Assembly (NCBI RefSeq): GCF_902713615.1
Contig: NC_052152.1
Location: 95,372,053-95,436,052 of the forward strand
From: Scyliorhinus canicula
Lineage: Eukaryota
Direction of reading: 5' to 3'
DNA: 64,000 nt
This document shows positions 10,907 to 23,499 of this stretch, one piece after another. Positions within the stretch are counted from its first letter, which is position 1. Each line of letters starts with the position of its first letter. Under the pieces are notes generated by a model. The model was not told the DNA's origin. It saw only the letters and a list, made by a program, of their open reading frames with translations, and did not search any database. Both the position numbers and the translations under genes were made by a program.

Positions 10907-11143
10907 TGATGCACTATCAATTACGACGAGACAATAGTGGAATGTAATCAAGGCTTTATTACACAAAGATGTGTGGCCTCCTACAGCAGCTGACAAAACG
11001 ACTGCTGTTCAGAGAGCCGTCACATTTATACTCTGCCTACTGGGCAGAGCCAGCAGGCAGGGATCTACCCCCGTACCTGTAGTACAGAGGCCTTACTGTA
11101 ATACCCATATATACAATATAATACAACAGTGGTGACTACCACA
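10907..11143 (-). repeat. 5' LTR (237 bp) of the Gypsy element
   Basis: Minus strand TGTGGT...GCATCA with TATAAAT and AATAAA; gag ATG 27 nt downstream. Confidence 0.8.
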
Positions 11144-12076
11144 AGTGGTGACTACATTCACTGGAATAATTCAGCTAAAAAATTAAGACTAATAAATTAT
11201 ACAAAGTAGCAACCACCCTTTGGAGAGTTGTGAGTACTATTGGCTTCACCAGAGAGTTGAGTGGGAAATGTTCTCCTTAGCGGTGAGGGACAATAAGGGG
11301 GCAAAGATGGAAGTAACAGGTGGGGCAGTACTGCTTCTCCTCCTCTCTTTCCCCAAAAAGCTGACCCCTTAATGAGCGGTCTACCGTTATCACTTTAAGG
11401 ACTGCTGGTTTGCCACTGTGTGCTTGGTACCAATAGTCATGATGGGCAGTCCACCCTTTGCTACTTCAAAATTGCATTGAGGTTCCATTGTAAATCGCAG
11501 AACCCCAATAAGCATCTAGAATTGAGGGTCTTACCTGGAAACAATGGGCATATGGGCTGCTCATGTGGGGGCCCTCTGGAAAATGGTGACAGGTAGGGAT
11601 TGAGCAGGAATGGGATTCTTCGAGAGGAGACTGATGCTGTAGTCTAGATCAGATAGTCATCAGTACAGAGCACAGTAGTGATTTTGATGAAAGGGTGAAA
11701 ATAGGCGCCAAATGATTGCTCTGCTAACAAAATACATTCACTTGTAATTCTGATCCTAATAGCTGATTACCATAATTTGAACTTCATAACTTGAATTTGG
11801 CTGGAGGTGCTAAAACTAGGATTTTCAAAAGTCAGAACCGGATCATATTGGAAAGCCATAGGAAGGTGGGACTCTGTGATGATTGACATGTTGGGCAGTC
11901 ATGGCAGTGCCTGGGAATGGGGCAGTTGAAGGTAGGAGGTCATATGATAACATCCCCCAGAATATGTCCTGTCCGAGTTAATTATCATATTTGTATTTCA
12001 TTGATTGGTTAAGAGGCATCATCAGCAATGGAACCGTCAGCACCGAAAAGCTAGTGACAACTCCCTTAGAGATATC

Positions 12077-12620
12077 GGGCGTGATCTATCAGCCTCGACA
12101 TGCCCAATTCGGGAGGTGGCAAGGGTGGTAAAGCCCCTGAGAGGCCTCTTGCGAGATTTATTGGCCTTGTCACGCCTCGCATTATCTGACGAGATCTCGC
12201 AAGGTGTCAGGATCTGGAGGTTGGGACCCAGATTTGCATATTCAAGTGATCAGTTAGTTTCACTTGAATATGTCTATGCTGGATCTACCCGGTGCCCTGG
12301 AACTAACAGCCTCACCTTGGAGACCCCAAGCAGGTGCTGTTTATCACTGGTTTCCACAAACATGGACCAGGCATACCGGCACTTGGCTGGGGTCTCCCAG
12401 GTGATTGCGGGCCTCTGGGTGGTACCATGGCACCCCTGATGCCACCTGGGCAACGTGGCACTGCCAGCCTAGCACTGCCAGTCAGGACGGCAGTGCCAAG
12501 GTACCCAGATGGCATCATGCCCATATGAGGGTGCCTTGCCATTATGATGTGGGGTACGGATGGGGGGCTCGATTACCCCCTTATTGGTGGGTTGGAGCAT
12601 GGGGAGGGGGCAGTTTAGAG
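12077..12620. mobile_element. partial Harbinger-type MITE
   Basis: Starts GGGCGTGATC; resembles 54949-55710 and 51605-52463; rich in GGCA/TGCC palindromes. Confidence 0.55.
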
Positions 12621-13162
12621 ACTCTTACATCAACAAGGGCGAAGAAGGGCACCTCGCCCTCTTGTCCCTCTATCCCGAAACAGCTGATACAGCTCTGTCT
12701 GATCTTATGTTCTCCTCCCATTCCTCCTGCAGATCAATAGGGAGCACCAGCCAAGTGCTAATGACCCAACTTTCCTTTTCTCCTGGTGACTCCTAGAAAA
12801 CAAGCTTAAGACCCAAACTTGGCCAGTTAAGAGGTTCTTTAGTATCTGGGAAAAATTGTATCCATCCCACACCACCCTGTCTCCCCCCCCATCCTCCCCC
12901 TCCATGCCCTTAACCCCATCTCTTCTGCACACACTTGGTTCCTCACTCAGCTCCTGCACCTTCCCCATTTTCACCACAAGCGTCTTGATCTCTTGTACTC
13001 AAGCAATTGAACGTCAGTCGTAATACACCAAGAGCACATATCTGCATCCATCAGTAGTGGACGGCACTACTGTGTGTTGGCAAAACCACCCTGCTTTCTG
13101 CTTAACTGATTCCCAGTTAAGCAAACTATTTCCCTTTCTTAAATGACCTAAGCAGAATCTTT

Positions 13163-13413
13163 ATTAAAACAGTGAATGAAATTTAAAAGACAGCTGAGAT
13201 CATTTTGCAAAGCTTTGTTCCTTGGGCGGAATCTGGCTAGACGGGAAACTAGGCTGCAGGTGGTGCCACAACACTGGAGTTTTACAGTCTTCTAATTTTT
13301 ATTTCCATTGACTGCAAATGGGTGGCTGATTCATCGTTGCACGTAGGCGAGTTTTTGATCCATAATTTGCTGTCAAAATAATGGTGAAGCTAATGGCACT
13401 TGCTGTTATTTGT
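13163..13413 (+). repeat. 251-bp direct repeat, copy 1
   Basis: Colinear with 14453-14703. Confidence 0.85.
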
Positions 13414-13887
13414 TTCATTGGAGATTGTACTGCATTGTGATCCCTGATTTTTGGCACAGTTAATAAAAATCCATCTTCTGTTCTGTCATGCCAAAGTACC
13501 TAAATAGATATCGCTCCCTGTAGATTTTCAGGATATTCAATCCTATCAGTGAATCAGAAGCAAGTCAATGTTTTTGAGAGTTCAATTTTGAGCCACAAAT
13601 AAAATTTACTTTTCAACAAGTCATTAAAGATCTCAGATAATGTGGAGAGTGATGCGGACGAAACGCTCATGCAATATTTCAATTATACATGGTTCATTAT
13701 AGTAACATTGAACAATAGCATGGTGCCATTTTACATCATTTACAGGCAAGATTCAAGATAATGTCATGCCACATATGCGCAAGACAATCTTTAAGCATTA
13801 ATATGGGGCTAAATAAAATATTTGCTGCATTTACAATAATTAAGACATACTTAAACCTGGATAATACTTCTACTAATGTCACATAAT

Positions 13888-14127
13888 GTCACTGTCTGCA
13901 CGTTCCCCCCGTGTCTGCGTGGGTTTCCTCCAGGTGCTCCGGTTTCCTCCCACAGTCCAAAGGCGTGCAGGTTAGGTGGATTGGCCATGCTAAATTGCCC
14001 TTAGCATCCAAAAAAAAAGGTTAGGAGGGGTTATTGGGTTACGGGGATAGCGTGGAAGTGAGAGCTTAAGTGGGTCCGTGCAGACTCGATGGGCCGAATG
14101 GCCTCCTTCTGCACTGTATGTTCTATA
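13888..14127 (+). mobile_element. HE1/V-SINE-like SINE, 5' truncated
   Basis: V-domain-like GTGTCTGCGTGGGTTTCCTCC..CCACAGTCCAAA and CR1-type tail GGGCCGAATGGCCT..TTCTAT. Confidence 0.8.
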
Positions 14128-14452
14128 ATGATAATTTACATGTTATACCTCTGAATTTTAAAAATTCTGGTCATGTTTTCTGTTTCAAAACAAACAGAAT
14201 AATCTTCCCTTGACTGAAATTTACACGTCCAATGCAAATAATGTATTGATCCATCCATTTTATTTATTTCTGCCTGTGGCGGACTTGTTAATATTCTGAC
14301 ATGATGCTGTTAATGATTATCTTTCTATGATCCTTTCTGCAATAATTGCATGTGTAAAACTGGCTGACAAACTGGTGATTAGATGAATAATCTATCATTG
14401 CAAGTTAAATGAGACCATTAGAGATCCATTATTAAATACCGTGGAAAAAGGG

Positions 14453-14703
14453 ATTAAAACAGTGAATGAATTTTAAAAGACAGCTAAGGTCATTTTGCAA
14501 AGCTCTTTCCTTGGATGGAGCCTTGCTAGACGGGAGAGTAGTTTGGAGGGGGTGCCAGAACACTGGAGTTTTACATTCTTCTGAGTTTTATTTCCATTGA
14601 ATGCAAATGAGCTGTTGACTCATCATCATTCATAAACACAAGTTATTGGCTCATAATGTGCTGTCAAAATAATGGGCGGTTAATGGCACTTGCTGTTATT
14701 TGT
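14453..14703 (+). repeat. 251-bp direct repeat, copy 2
   Basis: Colinear with 13163-13413, roughly 80% identical by eye. Confidence 0.85.
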
Positions 14704-15332
14704 GCCCAAATACCAACAGCTTCAGGAAAGGGGTGGATGTGAGGTTAAACATGAAAATTCAAAAGTTCAAGTTGCACCTTGCAAGCATTAGCTTGACAAA
14801 ACTGGCATCTCACTGTCTGCGTTTATCAATTTCATGCATTGAATGTCTGAAATTGCTGTACAAACGATGAGTACATAATAAACTTATCACAGAAAGCTAA
14901 AGCTTGTCCATTTCAGTCTAAGTGCATTATTCACTATTTGATGAGTTTTCATTACTGTCAATCAATCCCTCCAGTACTGAAAATTACAAGTGTGACATAT
15001 CAATCCTGCAAGTTTCAATTGCAGTTGGAGATTTAAGACATTTAAAATTGAATTTCTAATTGTGCTTTCCATTCTGGCACTTTTTTTGCTTTAATGCAAT
15101 CTTACCTTTTCACTTTGTTTCTCTTTCTGTACCTAATTTTGTATTGAATTCACCCTTCTCGTTTACACTTCTTTCTCAGTCCTTGTATTGCTAATTGCAC
15201 CATTTTTCAATTGATTGGTTAAGGGATACATGGTTGCTCGCCCTTTTCACTCATATTCCAGAGGCCCAGGTTCCCTCACTGTCACAGTATTGCACATTTG
15301 GCAACTTGCCATGCAAAAATATTGTAGAACTT

Positions 15333-15642
15333 GGGCGGCACTGCACCACAGTGCAATGTTGCTTCACAGCATCAGGGACACGGGTTCGATTCCCGGCTTG
15401 GGTCACTGTCTGTGCGGAGTCCGCACGTTATCCCCCATGTCTGTGTGGGTTTCTTCCGGGTGCTCCGGTTTCCTCCGACAAGTCCCAAAAGACGTGCTTG
15501 TTAGTTGATTTGGACATTCTGAATTTTCCCTTTGTGTACTCGAACAAGCCCTAGAGTGTGGCGACTAGGGGATTTTCACAGTACCTTCATTGTAGTGTTA
15601 ATGTAAGCCTACATGTAACACTAATAAAGATTATTATTATTA
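15333..15642 (+). mobile_element. V-SINE-like SINE with L2-type tail
   Basis: tRNA head with B box GGTTCGATTCC, V-domain, AATAAA(GAT)(TAT)n tail. Confidence 0.8.
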
Positions 15643-16433
15643 TATGTGACAAGGCCCATAATTTGCTTGAGGAGTGCATTTCATGGAGTTAGTGAAGCAG
15701 TGTTGCATGGTTCATTATTTTTATATCATTACATGAAGATACATTTATTAAATTCTATCTCAACTTTTGTTTTACACATTCACCTCACTGTTTAATAAAG
15801 CAGATTAATAATTCATACAACCATTGTTTCACCTGGTGATAGTTTATCCTGTCATCAGAAAGATTGAAGAAATATGCAGACAGTAGGCTTGAATATTGGG
15901 TTTAGTTCAGTTATTAATTATTAATCATTATACTCTTGCAAATGTTACTTTCAACCCAGTAGAAATAGAGTAGTGTGGGTCAGTTCCTCTTAAAGTATGT
16001 ATGATGCTAAACCTGTTTAAAGGAGTGACAGAAATGCTTAAAATCAAAAAGGTACCAAGGGCAAATATAAATTCATAACAGCATGCAAAGTAATTTAAAA
16101 CACACGATGATCGTTAGTCCCAGAAGCTCCCTCATGTTTAGACACCATACTTGGGTCAGCTAAAGAAGAAGCTTGGATTGATCTTACCACATTAGATTGC
16201 CTAATAAGATAAGGACCAATTTGAGTCACCCAAGAGTCACTCATTGCCCAGTTTTCCTCTGTTGTTTTCCAGTCTAGGCAATTGAAGTGTCTCATTATTA
16301 ACGTTCAGGCTTCTTTTCAGAGCTTCCTGATCATAGAATCATAGAATTTACAGTGCAGAAGGAGGCCATTCGTCCCATCAAGTCTGCACCGGCCCTTGGA
16401 AAGGGCACCCTACCTAAGCCCACACCTTCAACC

Positions 16434-16640
16434 TGTAGCCATCTGGGATGGCCACTTACAACCAGGAACAGAGAAACTCACAAAGCCTAACGAGTAAAAT
16501 GGACAAAGCAAGATTCAGGCAGGCTCAGAGCCTGAAATGTATATTTGCAAGCAAGGAGCCCAGACGGTATCGAAACTACGACCAATTAGCATTTTGATGG
16601 CCCCCACCCATTTATTGGTTAGGAATCGAACAGAGTGATC
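16434..16640 (+). repeat. truncated LTR related to the 4233-5138 LTR, abutting a SINE tail (16332-16433, -)
   Basis: TGTAGCCATCTGGGATGGCCACTT versus TGTAGCCACCGAAGCTGGCCACTT; shared AAATGGAC/TGGACAA and GAAACTA motifs. Confidence 0.6.
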
Positions 16641-16789
16641 AGGGCTCTTTTGGGCGGACCTTCAGTTTGGACCCCAGATGTACGTTTCCAGTTCAAAAAA
16701 CATGCACGCCCCTTGAATTAGTATAAACATTCTCCCCGAAACTTGCAGTTATTATCTCATTCCATCTATCTCTGTATTACCGCACCTCA

Positions 16790-17230
16790 TATCATAGAAT
16801 TGTACAGCACAGAAGGAAGCTACTCAATCTATCATGTCTGTACAATGTTTTGAAAGAGCTATCCAATTAATCCCATTCCATTGCTTTCTCCCCGTAGCCC
16901 CGCAGCTATTTCCATCGCCAGTATGCACAGAATTCCCTTTTGAAAGTTGCTATTAAATGTGCTTCATCAATCTTTTAGCCAGTGTGTTCCAGATTATAGC
17001 AACTCACTGTGTAAACAAATTCTCATCATCCCTCTGGTTCTTTGGCTGATTATCTTAAATTTGTGTCCTCCGATTACTGACCACCCCAACAGTGATAGTT
17101 CTCCTTATTTACCTTTACACCCATATCAAAACTCCACTTCCCTAGAAATCTCAGCTTCCCTAATCATTCCACATAACTGAAATCCATCATCCCCCTGCTA
17201 CTATTCTGGACAGCTCCATACCCTCTTCAG
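16790..17230 (-). mobile_element. old CR1 3' end fragment
   Basis: Reverse complement of a CR1-like 3' UTR and tail (ATCATAGAATTGTACAGCACAGAAGG). Confidence 0.55.
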
Positions 17231-17499
17231 AGACTCTTCAGAGACTTACTTAAAGTGTAGAGTTAAATTTGGACACATTACTGAGACCTGAAAGGTATTT
17301 TATAAAGATTTTGCATACCATCCTTACATTTGTACTCTCTGGGTCAGATTTTGCAATCCTAACTCTGTGCAAACCTGTGTCAGGTGACCAAAATGGAGAC
17401 AGGTTAAAATTTCCTATGCAATCCCTGCCGGCTGCCATTTTGACCGGTGCAGCAGTCGTGGCAGCTCGTGACACAATGCTCACTCAAAGTAATGTCAGG

Positions 17500-17840
17500 T
17501 TCAGGGGGAGACGGTGGCATAGCGGTGATATCACTGGACGAGTAATCCAGAGGCCCATGCGAATGTTCTGAGGACATGGGCCCAAATCCCACCATGGCGA
17601 CTGGTGGAATTTAAATTCAATTAATAAATCTGGAATTGAAAGCTAGTCTCAGCAACAGTGACAATGAAATTATCTGGTTCAGGAAAACCCCTTAGGGATG
17701 GAAAGCTGCTGTCCTTACCTGGTCTTGGCTCAGACCTACAACAAAGTAGTTCACTCTTAACATAATTCTGAAATGGCCTCATAAGCCCTCCATTCAAGGG
17801 CAATTAGGGATGAGCAACAAATGCTGGCCTTGCCGGCATT
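17500..17840 (+). mobile_element. tRNA-derived SINE with L2-like tail
   Basis: A-box-like GTGGCATAGCGG; tail CAAGGGCAATTAGGGATG..AAATGCTGGCC shared with the LINE end at 21470-21535; opposite-strand copy at ~20060-20310. Confidence 0.65.
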
Positions 17841-18965
17841 TAATTTTAAATTAAATTAAATTCCTGCTCAACTGTGAATTTCCCAGAAATTCATAGATCC
17901 ATAATTTTAGGCAGACTGGTAGGATCCTGAAGCCTGTGTGAAATATATCAGGATAGTCAGTTCGTAAACATTGGGGAAAGCTTGTTTTATAGTCGGGAAC
18001 CTTTTGACTGGTAAGTTTAGAAGCTCTTGCCAACTTCAAATGTCATAATGTAATGCTGCTTAATTGTTTAAATATATTTGAATGCAGAAGTTGATTATAG
18101 GGTTCTGTCCTTAAAAGGCAAGTGACCATTAAATTGACCAGTATTGTGTCAATGTTCATATTGATCAGAGTACTTTATCCAGTCGACAAAGTGCTCTACT
18201 GAATTCAACAATTGTGAAGATGATTTTAATTGGTCAACTGGACACGGTGCTTTGATTTTTTTTACATCGATTTAAAGTCCAGAAGTCTGTTAAGCTATTA
18301 GGATAGCTGAGCAGATGCCAAACATCTTTGATCAAACATCCATCTGTTCAGCCTTTGAGGAAAAATGGAAAGTGGCTGGTCATCTGATATTGCAACTTTA
18401 AATAATCTATTGTATTGAGCTCCGGAGGGTTTGTTTTTTTAGTTGTGCAATGGAATCTTGTTATTAATGCTTGGCTGAGTTTGAAACCTCACTAGTTAGC
18501 TGTTTACACCACTGTGGAGGGGACTATGAGCTTTGTTTGATTGTTTTATGATCTGCTAATAAGGCAAAAGTGCTTTGAAGAGATTGTTGAATGACTACTT
18601 ACTTTGACAGATATATGAACACTTGAGAGGAGAGATTTTTTCAAAGGGTGTTTTAATGCATAATTGTTATTTTAATATTCAGAAGCATTTCAATGGCTTC
18701 CCTTTGTTGCCAAATGGCTCAAATGTTCTGTACATTGTTATACCGAGTGAGTAGGTATAGAGGGGCATGGGGGTTGCAGAGGGGTATTTAAAGGTTTCAC
18801 GGGGTATGGAGGAATATGGGAGATTTTTTATTCCCTCATGGGTTGTGGACATCACTGGTAACGCCAACATTTTCTGCCCTTGAAAAGGTTGTGTTGAGCC
18901 TCTTTCTTGAACTGCTGCAGTCAATGTAGTGTAGATGTACTCACAATGCTCCTATGAGGGAAGTA

Positions 18966-19140
18966 AAAAAAATGAAAATCGCTTATTGTCACAAGTAGGC
19001 TTCAATGAAGCTACTGTGAAAAGCCCCTAGTAGCCACATTCTGGCACCTGTTCTGGTAGGCTGGTATGGGAATTGAACCGTGCTGCTGGCTTGTCTTGGT
19101 CTGCTTTCAAAGCCAGCGATTTAGCCCTGTGCTAAACAGC
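18966..19140 (-). mobile_element. short tRNA-head SINE (copies at 20717-20925 and 58291-58469)
   Basis: Minus strand TAGCACAGGGCTAA..GGTTCAATTCC; tail TTCACAGTAGCTTCATTGAAGCCTACTTGTGACAATAAG; near-identical copy at 58291. Confidence 0.75.
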
Positions 19141-19889
19141 CATCGAGAGAGCATGAGGGTATGGGTGCTGGGGTGAGGCGTGAAGGGTCTAAAAGTAATC
19201 CACAGAACTCAGCCGATGTCCTCGCGAATCGAAGCAAGTCTTCTGACCTGCGAGTCTCAGCATCCACCCGCATCTGTTCCCACTTTTGGCCTAAATTGGG
19301 ACGGCAACAACCCTGACTCTAGTCTGCCTCCAACTCCGTGGGGTGAAATTTACATCTGCATGTGGAGCAAATCAGAATTTGGGAACGCAAAATTGGGAAA
19401 TGGCCCAACTCATGATCAGGCCCCATGTCCTTATCTTGCCCCATTTTAATTGACCTCACAGATCATTTTTGTTCATCTTACCTGATTCTGCATAGCCGCC
19501 ATGTAAGCCAATTCTTGGCTTCATCCCTCAGTCAGTTTAATTTTTCCAGAAAACCAAGACCTCCAAAAGATTATTATTTGATTAATCACCCAGCTATTCT
19601 CAAAATCCTTCTCAAAATATTTTTCCCTTTGGTATTGTGTGACGACTTCCCAGGAAATGCAACTCTGAATTCCTGCTTCCTTCCATTTCAAAACCTACGT
19701 TTGGATACTTCCAATGTTTTTTATGCTGTTACTTTCCACACGGACAACAGCCAGCAACTCATTTTCTATTGCGTGAAATAACTTATCCGCCCGTCACTTG
19801 ATTTCTCCAACATTTATTTCTGGCAGAGCTCTTGTTAAACAATTCAATAGAAAACAGAACTGACAGCATGACCTTCCAGTGAATCCTTC

Positions 19890-20050
19890 TAAACTGTTAT
19901 TCGTTGTTCAGTTGATCGCACATTTGCCACTGAATCATAAAGTTCCAGGTTCAAGTCCTAATCCAGGGTTTGAGCTCAAAAGTAAAGGCTGACTTGCTGT
20001 GCATTGCTGAGTGTGCACTGTACTGTCAAGGCTGCAGTCATATGGATCAA
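19890..20050 (+). mobile_element. Deu-domain (SacSINE1-like) SINE head; probable tail at 21545-21660 separated by nested insertions
   Basis: tRNA-like CCAGGTTCAAGTCC followed by TGAGCTCAAAAGTAAAGGCTGAC. Confidence 0.45.
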
Positions 20051-20374
20051 TTGTTCAGTTTTAAAAATATATATATATTTCTTGGGATGTGGGTGTCATT
20101 GGCAGATCCAGCATTGGCTGCCAATCCTGAATTGCCCTGGAAATGAGTTATTTCCTGGACCATTGAGTCAACCACATTGTTGTGGATCTGGAGTCACATG
20201 TAGGCCAGACAAGGATGACAGATTTCCTTATCAAAAGGACGTTATGGGTTTTTACAACAATTAATGATGATTTTGTGGTCACCATAACTAAAACTAGCTT
20301 TTAATCCTTAGATTGGCCACTGCATTTATAATCCAATTTCGTAAAACCTTCCAATAGTCACTCAGTGTCCAAGA

Positions 20375-21540
20375 TCCAACCATCTTCCATTGCTTCACCA
20401 GTGACCTTCTTTCCATCATAAGGTCAGAAGTGAGGATGTTCGTTGATGATTGCGCAGTGTTTCGCACCATTTATGACTCCTCATATACTGAAGTAGTTGG
20501 TGTCCATATGCAGCAAGACCCAGACAATATTCAGTCTTGGGTTGATAAGTAGCGAGTCACATTCATGCCATGCAAGTGCGAGGTAATGACTAGTCCCAAC
20601 AAGAGAGAATCCAACCATCTCATCTTAACATTTGATGATATTACCATTGCTGATTCCCAGTATCAGCATCCTGGGGTAATCATTGACCAGAAACTGGTCA
20701 GAGAAATACTGTGATTAAGTAAATAATCTTTATTGTCACAAGTAGGCTTACATGAACACTGCAATGAAGTTACTGTGAAAATCCCCCAGTCACTACTGTG
20801 AAAATCCCCTTGTCACCACATTCCAGCATCTGTTCGGGTACAGAGAGGGAGAATTCAGAGTTCTCAGCTGGTACGGGAATTGAACCCGTGCTGCTGGCCT
20901 TGTTCTACCTCACAAATCAGCTGAACCAATGGCTACAAGAGCAGGTCAGATGCTAGGAATCCTGTGGCAAGTAACTCACCTCCTGACTCTCCAAAGAGCC
21001 TGCTCACCATCTACAGTGCACAAGTCAAGAGTATGATGGAATATACTCTACACTTGTCTGGGTGAGTGCAGCTCCAATGATACTCAAGAAGTGCAGCATC
21101 ATCCAGGACAAAGCAGCCATTTGAAGTGAACTCTATTCAACACCTTAAACATTTAGTCTAACACTGATTCACAGTGGCAGCAGTGTGTACCAGCTACAAG
21201 ATACACTTCAGCAACTGACTAAGACTCCTTCAACAACACCTCAAAACCTGCAACATCTACAACCTAGAAGAACAAGGGTAGCAGATGCAAGGGAACACCA
21301 CCACTTTCAAGTTCTCCTCCTCGTCACACACCATCCTGATTTGTAACTACAGCACCGTTCCTTTACAGTCGCTTGGTCAAAATCCTGGAACTCCCTTCCA
21401 ACAGCACTTTGGGTGGACCTACACCACATGGACTGCAGCAGTTCAAGAAGGCAGCCCATCACCACCTTCTCAAGGGCATTTAGGGATTGGTGAAAAATGC
21501 TGGCCTAGCCAGTGACACTCACATCCTATGAAAGAATATT
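20375..21540 (+). mobile_element. L2/CR1-group LINE 3' fragment interrupted by a SINE
   Basis: RT motif MFVDDCAVF; YSAQVKSMMEY; 3' end matches 57660-58155 (-). Confidence 0.75.
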
Positions 21541-21689
21541 TTTTAATCTGCTGCATTTCCTACATTATAGCATTAACGACCCTTTGAAAAGTACTTCACT
21601 GGCTGTTAAGGACTTTGAAATATCCGGTAGAAGCCTGATATAAATGGAAATCTTCCTTTTTAATTCCTTGGTTTCACTTTCTTCACAAT

Positions 21690-22022
21690 TCATAGAATCA
21701 TCGAATTTACAGTGCAGAAGGAGGCCACCTGGCCCATCAAGTCCACACTGGCCCCCAGAAAGAGCACCCCACCCAAGCCCACACCTATCCCCATATCCCA
21801 ACCCAACCTTTTTGGACACTAAGGGCAATTTAGCATGGCCATTTCACCTAACCTGCACATCTTTGGACTGTAGGAGGAAACTGGAGCACCCGAAGGAAAC
21901 TCACGCACACACAGGGAGAACATGCAGACTCCGCACAGACAGTGACCCAAGTCGGGAATCGAACCTGGGACACAGGAGCTGTGAAGCAACAGTGCTAGCC
22001 ACTGTGCAACTGTACCACATCA
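21690..22022 (-). mobile_element. HE1/V-SINE-like SINE
   Basis: Full head, V-domain and CR1-type tail on the minus strand. Confidence 0.8.
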
Positions 22023-22239
22023 CTAGATTTTTTCAATATTTCATTTTCCTGTAGAAATAATCATTTCTCTTTCTTAGGTGTTCCCCTTCAGCAACAATAT
22101 ATTTGGTGTTCTGAAGTGTCTTGAGCAAGTTGCTTGAGTTACAGCTTTCAGTATGTTGATAATGCTTCACCTAATATTATTCAGTCACTGTCCCCTTTAC
22201 CTTGTTCTTTCTTCTTCACCGTTTCTATAAAAAGCTCTT

Positions 22240-22530
22240 TTTGTTGAACCGAGACCCTGTCTGTCTTCTCAGGCAGATGTGAAAGACGCTATTCAAGAAA
22301 GAACAGTGGAGTTCTCCCCAGACTCCAGCCCAAATGTATCCCCCCAGCTACCTTCCAGAAACAGCTTATCTGATCATTCAATCACACTGCTCTTTTCTGG
22401 ACCTTGCTGTGTACAAATTAGCTATCACCTTTCCGACATTACAGCAGTGACTACACTTTGAATGCACTTCTTTGGCTGTAAAGCATTCTGCGACAGGTTG
22501 AGATCATAAAAGGTGAAAGTCTTTCCTTAG
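22240..22530 (+). mobile_element. Deu-domain SINE body and tail
   Basis: AACCGAGACCCTGTCTG..CTCAGGCAGATGTGAAAGA..GGAGTTCTCCC..ACAGCAGTGACTACACTT..TTGGCTGTAAAGCA. Confidence 0.55.
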
Positions 22531-22654
22531 TTCTTTTTGTTGGCCATCTATTTATCTGTTTTAGCTGCTCAACTTAGCACCAACACTGCATCAGTAATGA
22601 ATTATTCATGCTCACTGATGCCTCTGTGTACTTCAACAGATCACAACCTTAATT

Positions 22655-22744
22655 ACAGTAAGAAGTCTTACAACACCTGGTTAAAGTCCAACATGTTTGT
22701 TTCAAACACTCGCTTTCGGAGCACTGCTCCTTCCTCAGGTGAAT
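22655..22744 (-). ncRNA. Penelope pLTR fragment with degenerate minimal hammerhead motif
   Basis: Minus strand CAC-CTGAGGA-A-GGAGC-AGT-GCTCC-GAAA-GC-GA-GTG; cleavage dinucleotide is not UH. Confidence 0.55.
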
Positions 22745-23499
22745 CCTTAATTAGGAGCAGGTGTCCTACAGCAGTCAGCGTGCAGGCCAGACGTTTGTTG
22801 GTCATATTAATGGACAAGTGCTGAACACATTTCTACAATACTCCTCGGCCCCTACTTTACCAGCAGTGTGACCATGTTTCATTTTAAAGGCTTAATGCTT
22901 CCTTTAAAAAAGGGCGGATGTCACCTCCCCCCTTGTCCTGCACCACCCTCTCCATCTGGAACCGGATTCTTTTGTTTATCAGAGCTGCCGCCACCCTGTG
23001 CCCGACTATGAAATCCTGAATGGAACACCTGACTTACCCATCCTTTACCACATTCCATGTCATCAACCAAATTGGGTGGCTCTCACCCTTCATCCCCCAC
23101 CCCGGCTCTCAGCCTCTCCTTCTGGGGAATGTTCCCACTCCTACCCCTCCAACTACCTCGCCCCGGGCCCGTACAAGAGTATCTAACCGCACCAATAGGT
23201 GGTCCAGCCACGCACCCCCCTGTCACCATCAGCAACCTAACCCACCCCTCCTTCCCAGAATCCTCCTACAACTTCTTCTTGATACCACCTCATTTCCCAC
23301 TCTACCCAGCCCCCTACTATTCTCACCTTCTAGGCTCACCGAAACCTGCCTGACCAGGTTTGGCAGGCTGCAGACCCTCCGCGCCCGTTCGATAGCTAAC
23401 CAGGCCACAGCCCCATCACCAGAACCCCCTTGCCCCACTCAACCAAAGGAATCAAAACCTCTCCATCCCACCCTTGCCACCTGAAAAACCCCTGCCAAA

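Larger units (their letters stand above)
7611..11143 (-). mobile_element. degenerate Gypsy LTR retrotransposon (5' LTR, gag, PR, RT, RH, truncated IN)
   Basis: Domain order gag-PR-RT-RH-IN on the minus strand; LTR at 10907-11143; 3' end lost in a rearranged junction. Confidence 0.9.
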
